Below are positions 26,988 to 36,798 of a stretch of DNA of 64,000 nt, one piece after another. The stretch is from a virus. A program made the translations under genes and the position numbers. Positions within the stretch are counted from its first letter, which is position 1. Every line of letters starts with the position of its first letter. Under the pieces are notes generated by a model, which made no database searches, had not been told where the DNA came from, and saw only the letters and a program-made list of their open reading frames with translations. Location: positions 1,970 through 65,969 of the IMG/VR virus record IMGVR_UViG_2695420938_000010; one strand, written 5' to 3'.

Positions 26988-27180
26988 GGCGCCCTCCTTC
27001 CTCGGAGGGGCGTGGGCCATAGAGCTTTTCGCCGAGCTGGCGGACGAGTTCGCGTTCCGGCCAGGTCAGCCGCGTGTCCTCGAGCGAGACGGCAAGCAGA
27101 CCCTGCTCGCGCCAGCCGTCGCGCTTCACCTGGTCCGGATCCCGGCGCTGGCCGCCGTAGCCCTTGGGATGCCACCTCAT
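26980..27180 (-). CDS. Hypothetical phage protein (66 aa)
   Basis: MRWHPKGYGG...KRDGWREQGLLAV; ATGA overlap with the RuvC-like stop. Confidence 0.7.
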   Translation of the reverse strand: MRWHPKGYGGQRRDPDQVKRDGWREQGLLAVSLEDTRLTWPERELVRQLGEKLYGPRPSEEGGRHG

Positions 27181-27698
27181 GCGACACCCCCATTCGTCTC
27201 GATCGCCCAGAGCAGGATGGCGATGGCGTCGGCCTCGTTGTCGTCGACGGGGCTGAAGCCCCGCGCCCGCGCGGCTGCGATCATCGCCTCCTTCGGCGCG
27301 TTGCCCTTGCCCGTGGCGTGGCGCTTGATCGTGCCGACAGGAACACCGGCATAGGGCACGCCCCGCAGTTCCGCCCATGCGGTCAGCGTGGCCATGAGCC
27401 CGCCATAGACATGGGCAGCATCGGTTCCGGCGTGGCGGCGCACCTCCTCGAACCAGATCGCCGCGATCGGCCCCGAAAGCCTGTCGATCTCGGTAAGCCA
27501 GTTGGTGAAGCGCAGGTAGCGCATGCCGCCACCGTCATAGCGGCCGGGGCGGAAGCTCGCGGTCCCGCTGGTGATCAGCCCGTCCGGGGCGCGCAACGCC
27601 CAGCCGGTGCTGGTGCCGAGATCCAGCGCGAGAATGCAGCGGTCGAGAGTGCCGGCAGCCGTGAGGGACGCCGGGGCGATGTGTGGGGAACGGTCCAT
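27177..27698 (-). CDS. RuvC-like Holliday junction resolvase
   Basis: ILALDLGTSTGWA, WFEEVRRH, KRHATGKGNA, DDNEADA; RBS GAGGAGG before the ATG at 27698. Confidence 0.85.
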   Translation of the reverse strand: MDRSPHIAPASLTAAGTLDRCILALDLGTSTGWALRAPDGLITSGTASFRPGRYDGGGMRYLRFTNWLTEIDRLSGPIAAIWFEEVRRHAGTDAAHVYGGLMATLTAWAELRGVPYAGVPVGTIKRHATGKGNAPKEAMIAAARARGFSPVDDNEADAIAILLWAIETNGGVA

Positions 27699-27823
27699 GA
27701 CGACCTCCTCTTCGATTGAGAGGCCGGGGCGGCACGGTTGCCTGGTGAGGGCAGGACGCGCGCCCGGGCCGGGATCGCGAGGTCTGGTCAGGGTCACGTT
27801 GTCATTGCCGGGAGCGCCCGGCG

Positions 27824-28076
27824 CTTCCTTCAATGGCTTCATCCCTTCCGCTTGAAGGAAGTGGGGCCGCAAGCCATTGGCAGAATGAGGATAAATCTCT
27901 TCTTTCAATATTTCAGTTACTTCATGGGGTATGTGTCTGGCTTCCATCCCCACCCACGCGCGCGAGGGTCTCTGCGTGAAATATTGAAAGAAGCCCCGCG
28001 CGCCGGATTTCCGTTGCGGGACGGAGGCTTGGGCGCGAACTTCCTTCAAATGAAGGATTGGGGCCTTTGAAGGAAG
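27824..28076. repeat. Six CTTC(C/T)TTCAA motifs in three inverted pairs: putative replication origin
   Basis: Copies at 27824(+), 27852(-), 27899(+), 27984(-), 28040(+), 28067(-); perfect 17-bp IR at 27899-27915 / 27977-27993; AT-richer than flanks; directly downstream of the primase. Confidence 0.7.
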
Positions 28077-28090
28077 CATCGTCCCGGCCC

Positions 28091-30376
28091 TCACCGCATC
28101 GCCCGGAAGCGCATGGCCTTCCGCCCCCCGGTCTCCTGCTCGACCGTGGCGATGTCGCCGCTCTCGACGAGCGTGAGCAGGATGTCGTCGCGGTCGCGCG
28201 CCCGGAGCCATTGCGAGGCGCGGGTCAGCTCGGACTTGGTGACGCCGGTCGCCCCTGCCTTGCGGATGATTTCGCGCACGCGTTTCAGATGCGCCTCGGT
28301 CTCGGTGTCGGCGACGTGGCGCTCGACGGCGTCGATGGTGCGTCGGGCAAAGTGGCGCACGAAGTCGATGGCCCATGCGGCCTCTTCAAGCCCGATGACG
28401 GGCTGAACCGGATCCCTCCCCACGGACAGGACAAGCGCGACCTTGGCCGCGTTCTCCGCGATCCGGGCGAGGATCGGCGTCTGAAACGTGCCCGCCGCAG
28501 CCCTGAGCTCCGCGGTGGTCTCCTCGCCGAGTGCATCGAAGCGCGCCTGCGCCGCATCGTCCATCGGCACGGTCATCGGGTCCACGGCAGTCTCGGGTCC
28601 GGAGGTCCGACCGGCCAGGTTGCCGCTGGCCCGGCCACCCCCTTCTGCGAGCCGCTGCAGCCCCGCGATCAGCCCGGGCGGAGACCGGCGCAATCCGACG
28701 GACCGGTTCTCGTCCGGGTAGTCGTCGTCCGTCACGAGGATGATGAACCGGGCGAGCGAGCCGTCCACCACGTTGGCGCCCTGCAGCGACCCCCAGAAAT
28801 GCAGCGGCGTCGTGGTTCCATAAACGCACAGACAGGGCTGGACGATGTCGCGCCGCTCATTCGAGCCATCACGGTTGGCGTATTCCGCGCCGAGAAACAC
28901 CCCGCTCGCCGCGCTGTAAAGCTCGGTCATGTTGTCGAGAATCTCGGTCACATGGCGCGGGCTGCGCTTGCGGTCGGCCGCCGCCGAGAGGAACATCCCG
29001 AACTCGTCGATCTGGAACAGGATCGCGGGCTGACGGTGGAGCGCGGTCAGGAGCCCCGCGCCGGAGGCGATCTTGTTGCCGCCCAGGTGGTGCGCCAGCC
29101 CCGCCGCGAAGAACAGCTCGTTGACGACCTCGCGGGCGTGGTTCTTGCCCGATCCGCTGTCCGCGATGCCGACGATGTAGAGGTTCGTGCGCAGGTCGGT
29201 CGTCGTGCGGTAGCGCCGCCCCATCAGCGCGCCGAGCGCGCAGAGGCTGGCGCCCACCGCCAGAAGCGGCTGCGGCCTGCGCGCGGTGTCGATCATGTAG
29301 CGCGCGAGATCGCCCACGAGCCCACCCGGGATCGTCATCGTGAACGACGGTGAAGGCGCGAGGATCGGGATCGGGGCTTCGGGCTGGGCGAGCCGCGCCA
29401 GGAGGCCCGCCGCGGGATGCTCGTCGGCCGCACAAGCCTTCTGGCTGCCGTCGAGCAGGAGGTCGGGATCGGGGCGCCAGCCCTTCTCCATGGCGAGGTG
29501 ATAGATCGTGCCGGCGCCGATCCGCGCGGGCTTGAAGCTCTTCCACGCCTTCTCCGTCGCTGCCGGGTCGTTCTTGGCCGCCTGCGCCGACCAGTCGGCA
29601 AAGAGCGTCGCGCCCTCCTCGCCAAGCGCGCCCTTCAGCGCCATGCCGATGCGCATCCAGCTGTCGTAGTCGAGCTCGGCGTTCGGCAGCCACGCTAGCG
29701 CGCTCCGGATCGCGGCCAGCGTGCCAGCCTGTGCATGGGCCGGCAGACACGGATGTCCGGACCCGTTCGCCCCCTTTCCGCCGAGGCTCTTTGGGCGCAG
29801 CTCGGGCGGGATCAGCGCCAACGCCTCGTCGAGGAAGGCCGCTGCCTGTTCGGCGTCGATAGCCGGCAGGCTCTCGATGTCGAGGTCCGCGAGCCCCTCG
29901 TCCGGCCAGGCATAGGGCTGGCCGGTGTCGGGATGCTCGGCATAGGCCACGAACTGCTGTCCGAGGCAGAGCACTTCCAGCGGCGCGCGCCGGATCCCGG
30001 CGAAGGGCTCTTGCGTGCGATAGACCAGCACCCGCTTCGGTGCCTTGCCGATCCTGAGCGCGGGCGTGTCGCCCAGCCGTTCGCGGGCGAGCCGCTCGAT
30101 GCGCAGCGCCAACTCGCCGTCCTCGGCGATGTCGATGTCGAGCGCGGCGACCGCGCCGCCGACGATCCCGACCCCGCAGTCGGGCCAGCTGGACCAGGTC
30201 GCGACCTCGAGTTCGGTCGTGGCGCGGCTCGCATGCCGGTTCCACTGCGGGTAGTCGTGCCAGGCCGCGCGGGCGAACTGGCCGGGCTTCTTGGTGCCGG
30301 GCGCGATCGGCAGGATCGCGTAGCCGTTGGTCACGAGACGCGCGCCCACGCGCGCCATCCACGAGGTGTCCGCCAT
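28091..30376 (-). CDS. Primase-polymerase (AEP) + PriCT-2 + DUF3987 helicase-like replication protein
   Basis: ALDIDI (AEP motif), YDSWMRIGMALK...WSAQAAKND (PriCT-2), IADSGSGKNH Walker A, FQIDEFG. Confidence 0.87.
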   Translation of the reverse strand: MADTSWMARVGARLVTNGYAILPIAPGTKKPGQFARAAWHDYPQWNRHASRATTELEVATWSSWPDCGVGIVGGAVAALDIDIAEDGELALRIERLARERLGDTPALRIGKAPKRVLVYRTQEPFAGIRRAPLEVLCLGQQFVAYAEHPDTGQPYAWPDEGLADLDIESLPAIDAEQAAAFLDEALALIPPELRPKSLGGKGANGSGHPCLPAHAQAGTLAAIRSALAWLPNAELDYDSWMRIGMALKGALGEEGATLFADWSAQAAKNDPAATEKAWKSFKPARIGAGTIYHLAMEKGWRPDPDLLLDGSQKACAADEHPAAGLLARLAQPEAPIPILAPSPSFTMTIPGGLVGDLARYMIDTARRPQPLLAVGASLCALGALMGRRYRTTTDLRTNLYIVGIADSGSGKNHAREVVNELFFAAGLAHHLGGNKIASGAGLLTALHRQPAILFQIDEFGMFLSAAADRKRSPRHVTEILDNMTELYSAASGVFLGAEYANRDGSNERRDIVQPCLCVYGTTTPLHFWGSLQGANVVDGSLARFIILVTDDDYPDENRSVGLRRSPPGLIAGLQRLAEGGGRASGNLAGRTSGPETAVDPMTVPMDDAAQARFDALGEETTAELRAAAGTFQTPILARIAENAAKVALVLSVGRDPVQPVIGLEEAAWAIDFVRHFARRTIDAVERHVADTETEAHLKRVREIIRKAGATGVTKSELTRASQWLRARDRDDILLTLVESGDIATVEQETGGRKAMRFRAMR

Positions 30377-30762
30377 CAGAAGGGCACCTCCGGGATCATG
30401 CCGTCGAGCCGCGCGCGGTCCTTCGCCGCCAGGTCACGCAAGGCATCGCAGTAGCCGGTGACGATCACCTCGACGAAGGTGTCCCACTCGTGCTCGGTCA
30501 GCTGGGCGAGATCGGTCCGGCCGAGGCTGTCGAGATAGGCGCCGCCGGCCTTGCCGCCCTCGACCATGGCCGCCGTCTCATTGGGGGTCGGATCGATCAT
30601 GCCCGACCTCCGGTGGCAGATGTCCTGGCAAACCCGGCTGCAGAGGTCTCGGCGGCTCGTGTCGCGCCGCGGGTCGGAGACGCGGAAGCGCGCGTCGAAC
30701 CAGCCCCAGCCGCGGGGTTCTCGGTGGCAGACGGCGCAGAGCCCGGCACGGCTGTAAGGCAT
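30376..30762 (-). CDS. DUF6511-like hypothetical protein with a Cys pair motif
   Basis: CAVC...CSRVCQ...MIDPTPNE...GGAYLDSLGRTDLA...EVPF; coupled to the primase start. Confidence 0.7.
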   Translation of the reverse strand: MPYSRAGLCAVCHREPRGWGWFDARFRVSDPRRDTSRRDLCSRVCQDICHRRSGMIDPTPNETAAMVEGGKAGGAYLDSLGRTDLAQLTEHEWDTFVEVIVTGYCDALRDLAAKDRARLDGMIPEVPF

Positions 30763-32336
30763 GGGGCGAACCTGTAGGCGGTGATTTCGGTGAAGCGGCC
30801 CGCGGGGCGGACGGCGATCTCGGTGGGGCGGCGCAGCCGGTCCGCCAGCAGGAGCGCCTCGTCGATGGAGTCGGGCACGTCCATCTCGGGCGCCCGTTCG
30901 CGCCACCAGCTCGCGGCCTTGCGGCGCGGATAGCCCTCGTGCTCGAAGCAGACCCATTCCGTGTGGAAGGCGAGACCGCAGCGGTAGGTGACCTTCAGCG
31001 AGACCCGCCCGCCGCGCTTCTCGTGGCGGCTGTAGGTGACGTCCGTGACGCCGACCCATTGCGGCTTGCCGGTGGACAGCACCTCCAGCGTCGAGGCGGT
31101 CGGCTCGAGCTTCACCTCGCGGCCGGGGAACTCGAAGCCGCAGCCAGGGCATTCGAGCGCCGCGATGGCCACGATGGTCCCGCATTCGGGGCAGATCTTG
31201 GTGGGTGGCGGGCCGTCGCCGGGACCGCCTGGCCGCTTCGGCCGCACGAGATCGATGGGGCCGTGCCGACGGACGTTGCCCGCGAAATCGAGAACGAGGC
31301 AGTTCTCCTTGCCCTCGGCGAGCCGCGTGCCCCGACCGGCCATCTGGACATAGAGCCCGGCCGACTTGGTGGGCCGCAGCATCGCGATCAGGTCCACGGC
31401 CGGCGCGTTGAAGCCCGTCGTCAGTACGCCCATCGAGGCCAGCGCCCTGATCTCGCCGCGCTTGAAGGCGGCGATGATCGCGTCGCGCTCGTCCTTCGGC
31501 GTCTTGCCGAAGATGGTGGCGCAGCTCACCCCGCGGCGGCGGAACTCCTCGGCGACATGGGTGGCGTGGCGAACGCCGGAACAGAAGGCGAGCCAGGACC
31601 GGCGCCTCTCGCCATGGGCGATCACCTCGGCCACGGCCGCACGCGTGATGGCGTCCTGGTCGACCGCGTCCTCGAGGTCACGCGCGATGAACTCGCCGCC
31701 GCGCGATCCCACGCCGGTCACGTCGAGGCGGGTCTTCGTCTGCTTCGAGATCAGCGGGGAGAGATAGCCCTGATCGATCAGGTCGCGGACCGACACCTCG
31801 TAGGCGATGTCGGTGAAGAGCGCGTTCTCGCCCTCGTGCAGCATGCCGCTGTCGAGCCGGAAGGGCGTCGCCGTCAGACCGATCACCTTCAGCGTCGGGT
31901 TGATCGCCTGCAGATCGTTGAGGAAGCGGCGATACATGGTGTTCGACCGGCCGGGGATCAGATGGGCCTCGTCGATCAGCACCAGATCGGCATGGCCGAT
32001 GCGCGTCGCCTTGTCGTGGATCGACTGGATGCCGGCGAAGAGGATCCGGGCCCGCGCGTCGCGGCGGCCGAGCCCGGCCGAGTAGATGCCGGCCGGCGCC
32101 TCGGGCCAGAGCCCCAGCATCTCGGCATGGTTTTGCGCGATCAGTTCGCGGACATGGGTGACGACCAGCACGCGCTGGTCCGGCCAGGCCTTGAGCACGG
32201 CGTCGATGAAGGCGGCCATGACGAGGCTCTTGCCGCCGGCCGTGGGGATCACGACGAGCGGGTTGCCGCTCTCCTTCTCGAAATAGCCGTAGATCGAGGT
32301 GATCGCGGCCCGCTGGTAGGGGCGCAGGGTCAGCAT
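30597..32336 (-). CDS. SF2 DEAD/DEAH-box helicase with Zn ribbon
   Basis: LRPYQ, PTAGGKS, DEAH, GLTATP, LTTGFNAP, QMAGRGTR, CPEC..CPGC. Confidence 0.93.
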   Translation of the reverse strand: MLTLRPYQRAAITSIYGYFEKESGNPLVVIPTAGGKSLVMAAFIDAVLKAWPDQRVLVVTHVRELIAQNHAEMLGLWPEAPAGIYSAGLGRRDARARILFAGIQSIHDKATRIGHADLVLIDEAHLIPGRSNTMYRRFLNDLQAINPTLKVIGLTATPFRLDSGMLHEGENALFTDIAYEVSVRDLIDQGYLSPLISKQTKTRLDVTGVGSRGGEFIARDLEDAVDQDAITRAAVAEVIAHGERRRSWLAFCSGVRHATHVAEEFRRRGVSCATIFGKTPKDERDAIIAAFKRGEIRALASMGVLTTGFNAPAVDLIAMLRPTKSAGLYVQMAGRGTRLAEGKENCLVLDFAGNVRRHGPIDLVRPKRPGGPGDGPPPTKICPECGTIVAIAALECPGCGFEFPGREVKLEPTASTLEVLSTGKPQWVGVTDVTYSRHEKRGGRVSLKVTYRCGLAFHTEWVCFEHEGYPRRKAASWWRERAPEMDVPDSIDEALLLADRLRRPTEIAVRPAGRFTEITAYRFAPCLTAVPGSAPSATENPAAGAGSTRASASPTRGATRAAETSAAGFARTSATGGRA

Positions 32337-33274
32337 GCGGCGGCCTCCTCTTGGCGGGCTTCGTTGGTCCAGACCGAGCCGTCGCGCATGCGGTAGGAGA
32401 CGAAGTCCTCGCCTGCGTCGGTCACCTCGCCGGGGACGAGATCGGGGATGAACAGGTGCCGGGGGCAGGCTCGGCGCTGGTCGGCAGGGTCGAGCAACCG
32501 GTCGTGGCGCGCGCAGTGCCAGCCGCCTTCGATGGGCGTGGAATGCAGGCAGGACCGACAGGTGACAGCCGCGGCGTCCTCGCCGTGGCAGAGCCCGTGG
32601 TGGTCGCAGAACCGGCACTCGAACCAGGCGGGATCCGCGCTGATCCGCTCGGGCGGGTGCTGGGCGAAGATGATCCGCCGCGCCTTTTCCATCAGGCGCT
32701 CGCCCATCTCGGGGTCGGCCGGGACGCGCTCGATGTGCAGCGCGTCGGTGTCCTTGCAGACCGCGACGTACAGCGCCCGCGTGATGCCGGTCAGGTGCAT
32801 GTACACCTGCATCTGCGCGGCGTGCTGGGGCTTGGCGAGCGCGACGCCCTTGGCGATCAGCTCGGCGAAGCTCTTCGCCGAATGCGTCTTGAACTCGACG
32901 ACGTGCCAGGTCTTCGGCGCCTCGAGCAGACCGAGGGCGACGGCGTCGAGCGAGCCGCCGAAATGCCCGCCATGGGCCTCGACGCGGAACTGCCGCCCGG
33001 TCTCGGGATCGACCTCCAGCACCGTCGCGCCGGTGGCGCGCAGGTCGCGGACGAGCCGGGCCTCCTCCAGCTGGCCGGTCTCGAACAGCCGCAGGATGCG
33101 GCCGGTGTGCCGCGCGGGCGTCGCCCAGCGGAAGTCATACCAGAGCGCACGGGCACAGGACTTGCCGATCAGCGAGGCGCCAAGATGGTCGCGGAAGCCA
33201 TCGCCCTGCCGGGCCTCGTAGGAGGCGTAGATCGCGGAGAGGGTCGGCGTCGGGGGTTCGGGGAGCTCGGCCAT
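32330..33274 (-). CDS. PD-(D/E)XK (Cas4/YqaJ-like) exonuclease
   Basis: HLGAS..GKSCARALWY, GSLDA, VEFKT, QMQVYM, CRFCDH..C Fe-S/Zn cysteines; TGATG coupling. Confidence 0.85.
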   Translation of the reverse strand: MAELPEPPTPTLSAIYASYEARQGDGFRDHLGASLIGKSCARALWYDFRWATPARHTGRILRLFETGQLEEARLVRDLRATGATVLEVDPETGRQFRVEAHGGHFGGSLDAVALGLLEAPKTWHVVEFKTHSAKSFAELIAKGVALAKPQHAAQMQVYMHLTGITRALYVAVCKDTDALHIERVPADPEMGERLMEKARRIIFAQHPPERISADPAWFECRFCDHHGLCHGEDAAAVTCRSCLHSTPIEGGWHCARHDRLLDPADQRRACPRHLFIPDLVPGEVTDAGEDFVSYRMRDGSVWTNEARQEEAAAC

Positions 33275-33639
33275 CAGCATGCCTCCTCCCGCTCGAGCCG
33301 CGCCCGCGCCTCAGCCAGCACCGCAGCCCAGGCGGCGACGTCATGGCGCTCGCGCAAGACGGCGATGATCATGTCCTTGAGCCGTTCGCGCCGGCGGCGG
33401 CCTCCCTGACGGGCGACGATCTCTGCGCGCTCGCGATTGAGGTGGCGCAACGCAGTGCGCGCGCGGTGAAACCAGTCGGGGTCGATCGGCTTCGCCGTCC
33501 GCTGCCGCGTCAGATCGGCGGTCGCGATCTGCGTGCGGATCTTCGCAATGGCGTCCTCGATCTCGATCAGGCGCCGGGTGTCGTCGGGCAAGCCGGGTGC
33601 GTTCACGGCCGCGCAGGCCGCGTCGGTGGTATTGGTCAT
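33274..33639 (-). CDS. Hypothetical helical phage protein
   Basis: 121 aa; IAKIRTQIA..D...DPDWFHRARTALRH; located in the replication operon. Confidence 0.7.
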   Translation of the reverse strand: MTNTTDAACAAVNAPGLPDDTRRLIEIEDAIAKIRTQIATADLTRQRTAKPIDPDWFHRARTALRHLNRERAEIVARQGGRRRRERLKDMIIAVLRERHDVAAWAAVLAEARARLEREEAC

Positions 33640-33705
33640 GGTCTGTCTCTCGGGTCTGCCGATGTCCGGGCCGCCGCAGGTTTCAGCCCGCGGCGGCCGA
33701 GGGCG

Positions 33706-34212
33706 TCAGCTCTTGCGGTTCCAGGGCGCAGTGGCCGGGCGGGCGGGCGCCGACTGAGCGGGCGCGCTGGCCAACTGCGTCGCGGCGGGCTTGGGCGGGG
33801 TCGCCTGCGCCGGGGCCTCCGGCACCAGGTAGCGGATCGTGTTGCGCTCGCCGTAGCCGTCCTTCGGGGGCTTCACGCCGACCTGGATCGTCATCGGGAT
33901 CAGGTGCAATTCCTCGCTGTCGTTGACCTGCAACTTGCCCGTGGCGTGGCAGATCGCCGACAGCGTGCGCTGCGCGATCTCGACCGTGGTCGGGTGGGCG
34001 TTCACCAGGTTCAGCTGGTCGAAGACCTTGCGCCCCTGCTGCGGCCCCTCGAGGATGTCGAGCATCAGCCAGAGATACTTCCCCATCCCGTTCTTGGTGA
34101 CGCGCATCTCGCTCTCGACGATCTGGGCGCGGTACTTGCCCGCAGGCAGGATCTCGTAAGCGGTGGTGGGCTCGATGCCGGCGGCGTCAAAGGCGGTGTC
34201 GAAACGTGCCAT
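33706..34212 (-). CDS. DUF669 ssDNA-binding protein
   Basis: LPAGKYRAQIVESE...GRKVFDQLNL...RTLSAICHATG; Pro/Ala tail ending PW. Confidence 0.85.
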   Translation of the reverse strand: MARFDTAFDAAGIEPTTAYEILPAGKYRAQIVESEMRVTKNGMGKYLWLMLDILEGPQQGRKVFDQLNLVNAHPTTVEIAQRTLSAICHATGKLQVNDSEELHLIPMTIQVGVKPPKDGYGERNTIRYLVPEAPAQATPPKPAATQLASAPAQSAPARPATAPWNRKS

Positions 34213-34234
34213 CGTGCTGTCCTTTCAGTCGTAA

Positions 34235-34981
34235 TCAGGCGGATTGGGGCATGGCGGCCAGGAACTCGGACCACTCGAGCGGGAGGGTTTCCGGAAGGCC
34301 GTAGCGGTTCTTCGCGAGGAAGGCGGGGCGCTCCTCGGTGTGCATGACGCGCGCACCGGACCCGAGCGCCCGGGTCACCTTCTTGTTGAAGCCGACGTCG
34401 GACTTGCTGACCGAGATCCGGTAGTTGGCGAACAGCACCACATCGGAGTGCTCCTGAAGCAGCGCGGACGCGCGGGCCTGCAGCTTGATCACGTACCGGT
34501 CGTAGGGTTCGTGCTCGGGGCTGTCGAAGCGCTTGATGTCGGTGTGGGCGATCTGGATGACCGCCATTCCTTTCTGGTCGCGGAGCGCGTTCAGCCTGTC
34601 GATGTATTCGCGCCAGATGGTCAGCGCCTCGGCATAGCCCTTGCCGAAACCGGGGCTTTCGATCGACTGCCAGCCGTTGCGCCGGCAGGCCTCGGCCCAG
34701 ATCAGCGGCTCCAGCCAGTCCACGCTGTCGACCACCACCGTGGAATAGGGATGGTCCTCGTCAAGCAGGGCGTCGAGCGCCTCGGCGACCTCCGCGTAGC
34801 TCGTCGCCAGCGGGAAATGCGGCACCTGGAGCTTGCCGAGACCGTCCTCGGTGAGGACGAACACCGGCGCGTCGGCGGACGCGGCGAAGGTGGATTTGCC
34901 GATGCCGGCGACGCCGTGGATCAGCACGCGCGGCGGCCGCAGTGACGTCGAGGTTTGCAGGGATGCGAGCGAGATGGCCAT
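34235..34981 (-). CDS. AAA_24 / Sak4-like ssDNA-annealing ATPase
   Basis: HGVAGIGKST Walker A; VVVDSVDWLE; GFGKGY; AKNRYGLP. Confidence 0.88.
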   Translation of the reverse strand: MAISLASLQTSTSLRPPRVLIHGVAGIGKSTFAASADAPVFVLTEDGLGKLQVPHFPLATSYAEVAEALDALLDEDHPYSTVVVDSVDWLEPLIWAEACRRNGWQSIESPGFGKGYAEALTIWREYIDRLNALRDQKGMAVIQIAHTDIKRFDSPEHEPYDRYVIKLQARASALLQEHSDVVLFANYRISVSKSDVGFNKKVTRALGSGARVMHTEERPAFLAKNRYGLPETLPLEWSEFLAAMPQSA

Positions 34982-35466
34982 CAGCGCGCCTCCTCGCCGA
35001 GCAGCAGCCGGAACTTCGGCTTGGCCGTCCGAACCGTGCGCGCGGGCTCAAACTCCTGGCGGATGTCCGTGGGCCAGGCGGTGTACTTCCGCTCGGGGAC
35101 GCTGAGCGCGATGTCCACGTACTCGGCGGGATCGGCGCCATCCGCCCGGATGCGCTCGACCAGACCGGCGAGCAACGCCTGATCCCAATCAACGCGCTTC
35201 GGCAGCTCGGCGACCACGGTGACCGGACCATCCTGCAGCCGGACGGTGCCGGTGTCCTTGCCCTCCACGCGGCGGGCGTCCTGCGCTTGGTCGCCGTACT
35301 TCAGCGCGATGGCGCCATCGAGCCAGTCGCAGAGGGTCTTCGCAGCGCGCAGCCGCTCGTCGGCGTCCTGCTTCAGGAGCGCCAGCTGGTCGCCCGGCAG
35401 AGCGGCGATCTCGCCGACCGGCATGGTGGGCAGATCGTCGAGGGTGATGTGGTTGGGGATCGTCAT
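34981..35466 (-). CDS. Hypothetical phage early protein
   Basis: 161 aa; KDTGTVRLQDG...PKRVDWDQ..L...VPERKYTAWP; coupled to the ATPase. Confidence 0.75.
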   Translation of the reverse strand: MTIPNHITLDDLPTMPVGEIAALPGDQLALLKQDADERLRAAKTLCDWLDGAIALKYGDQAQDARRVEGKDTGTVRLQDGPVTVVAELPKRVDWDQALLAGLVERIRADGADPAEYVDIALSVPERKYTAWPTDIRQEFEPARTVRTAKPKFRLLLGEEAR

Positions 35467-35476
35467 GGCCGCCCCC

Positions 35477-35686
35477 TCACGCCAGCTTCACTGCGGGCTT
35501 GTCGGCCGTGCTCGAGCAGTGCCGGTTGGCCTCGTAGGCCTCGACATCCTCGAGCCGGTACACGACCCGGCCGCCGATCTTGATGAAGGCGGGGCCCTCA
35601 CCGGTCCAACGCCAGCGCTCCAAAGTGCGCGGGCTGATTTTCCATCGAGCCGCCAGCTCGACCTGGTTGAGATGTGTGACTGACAT
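35477..35686 (-). CDS. AlpA/MerR-like HTH (excisionase / Cro-like)
   Basis: LNQVELAARWKISPRTLERWRWTGEGPAFIKIGGRVVYRLEDV; RBS aaggag. Confidence 0.88.
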   Translation of the reverse strand: MSVTHLNQVELAARWKISPRTLERWRWTGEGPAFIKIGGRVVYRLEDVEAYEANRHCSSTADKPAVKLA

Positions 35687-35801
35687 CGTCGTCTCCTTCG
35701 CGATTGGCCGAATGCCTGCGAAGGACGATGGGGGAGCGCCTAGGAGGGCAGCGGGAGGAGCCAAGGAGGAGAGACGGGAGGAATGCAAATCAAGGTGCCC
35801 G

Positions 35802-35835
35802 AAAACGAAAAAGGCCGCCCCGAAGGACGGCCTTT
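35802..35835 (-). terminator. Rho-independent terminator
   Basis: Minus strand reads aaaggccg-loop-cggccttt followed by TTTCGTTTTC, downstream of 35854-36798. Confidence 0.75.
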
Positions 35836-35853
35836 CGCGTCACCCATTTGCGG

Positions 35854-36798
35854 TCAGCCTTCGATCCAGCAACTCGCGCCGCTTTCGAAGATGACCCGCT
35901 TCCAAGCGGGGTGTCCCTTGAAGAGCTCGGACAGTCTCCGAACGGTTCGACCGCAAGCGGCCGCCTCTAGAACTGCATCCGTCGAGAGCCGGTGTTCCCC
36001 CGCGATGAAGGCCTCGGCCATCATAAGCACTGCAGCCTTCTGCTTCGTGCCTTTGAACTCAAAGCGTTCACCGTGGACGATCAGGATCGCTCCGTCACCG
36101 GAGACCCAAACCGGCCCCTGATCAGAAGGACCCGTCAGCAGCCGCGCCGAAAGGATTCCGGGGTTCGCGGCGATCCCGTCTTCATGATCGACCACATCTT
36201 CAAGCGGCACGATCTCGTGGCCTTTCAGGGTCGAGCGGCAAGTCCGCTTGGCCGGATCAAGGGATATAATTAGCCGCAAGCCTTCGGACGGACGGCGCGC
36301 GGCGAGCTGGCGGAACTGGTCGAAGGCCCCTGGAACGCTCAAGCCGCGTACCACCCAGATCCCGACGCGCGCTGTACGGTTCGGTAGCCGCGCAGCTCCG
36401 AAATCCAACACCACGCCATCGAGATACGGCACCGGGTCCTTGCCGAGTGAGCAATCGAGCCGGGCGACCACTCGCCGAGCTGCTGCCGCCATGTCCAGCG
36501 CATAGACTTGGCGGCGGGCGCTCGCCCGTTCGTCGTGCCAGACTGCGTTGCCGAGATGACCATGATGGCCAGTGATCGGGTGGGCGATGACTGACGTCGG
36601 GGTGTCGTCCAAGTCGTCATCGGCAACGACGGACATCAAGCTGCCCCGCTGCACGATCAGTCCGGCGTCCATCAGCGTCTTGCCGGCGCCGCGCATGTGC
36701 GCCAGCGCCATGGCCGAAACCCGCGCGTCGCGGGTTCCGGCGATCGAAGAGAGCAGTCTGCGGGCGGCGGGATCAATCCTCGAAGAGCTGCAGGTCAT
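35854..36798 (-). CDS. Hypothetical protein with probable C-terminal winged helix
   Basis: 314-aa ORF overlapping the upstream stop; C-terminus KQKAAVLMMAEA...STDAVLEAA...RLSELFKGHPAW. Confidence 0.7.
   Translation of the reverse strand: MTCSSSRIDPAARRLLSSIAGTRDARVSAMALAHMRGAGKTLMDAGLIVQRGSLMSVVADDDLDDTPTSVIAHPITGHHGHLGNAVWHDERASARRQVYALDMAAAARRVVARLDCSLGKDPVPYLDGVVLDFGAARLPNRTARVGIWVVRGLSVPGAFDQFRQLAARRPSEGLRLIISLDPAKRTCRSTLKGHEIVPLEDVVDHEDGIAANPGILSARLLTGPSDQGPVWVSGDGAILIVHGERFEFKGTKQKAAVLMMAEAFIAGEHRLSTDAVLEAAACGRTVRRLSELFKGHPAWKRVIFESGASCWIEG

Noticed and set aside
27177-28376. 399-aa extended RuvC-like ORF reading through the repeat region
   Set aside because: A strong RBS (GAGGAGG) precedes the ATG at 27698; the extension crosses the iteron array and overlaps the primase.
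32330-33274. CRISPR-associated Cas4 / CRISPR locus
   Set aside because: The Cas4-like nuclease sits in a phage recombination operon; no cas1/cas2 and no repeat-spacer array was seen anywhere in the window.
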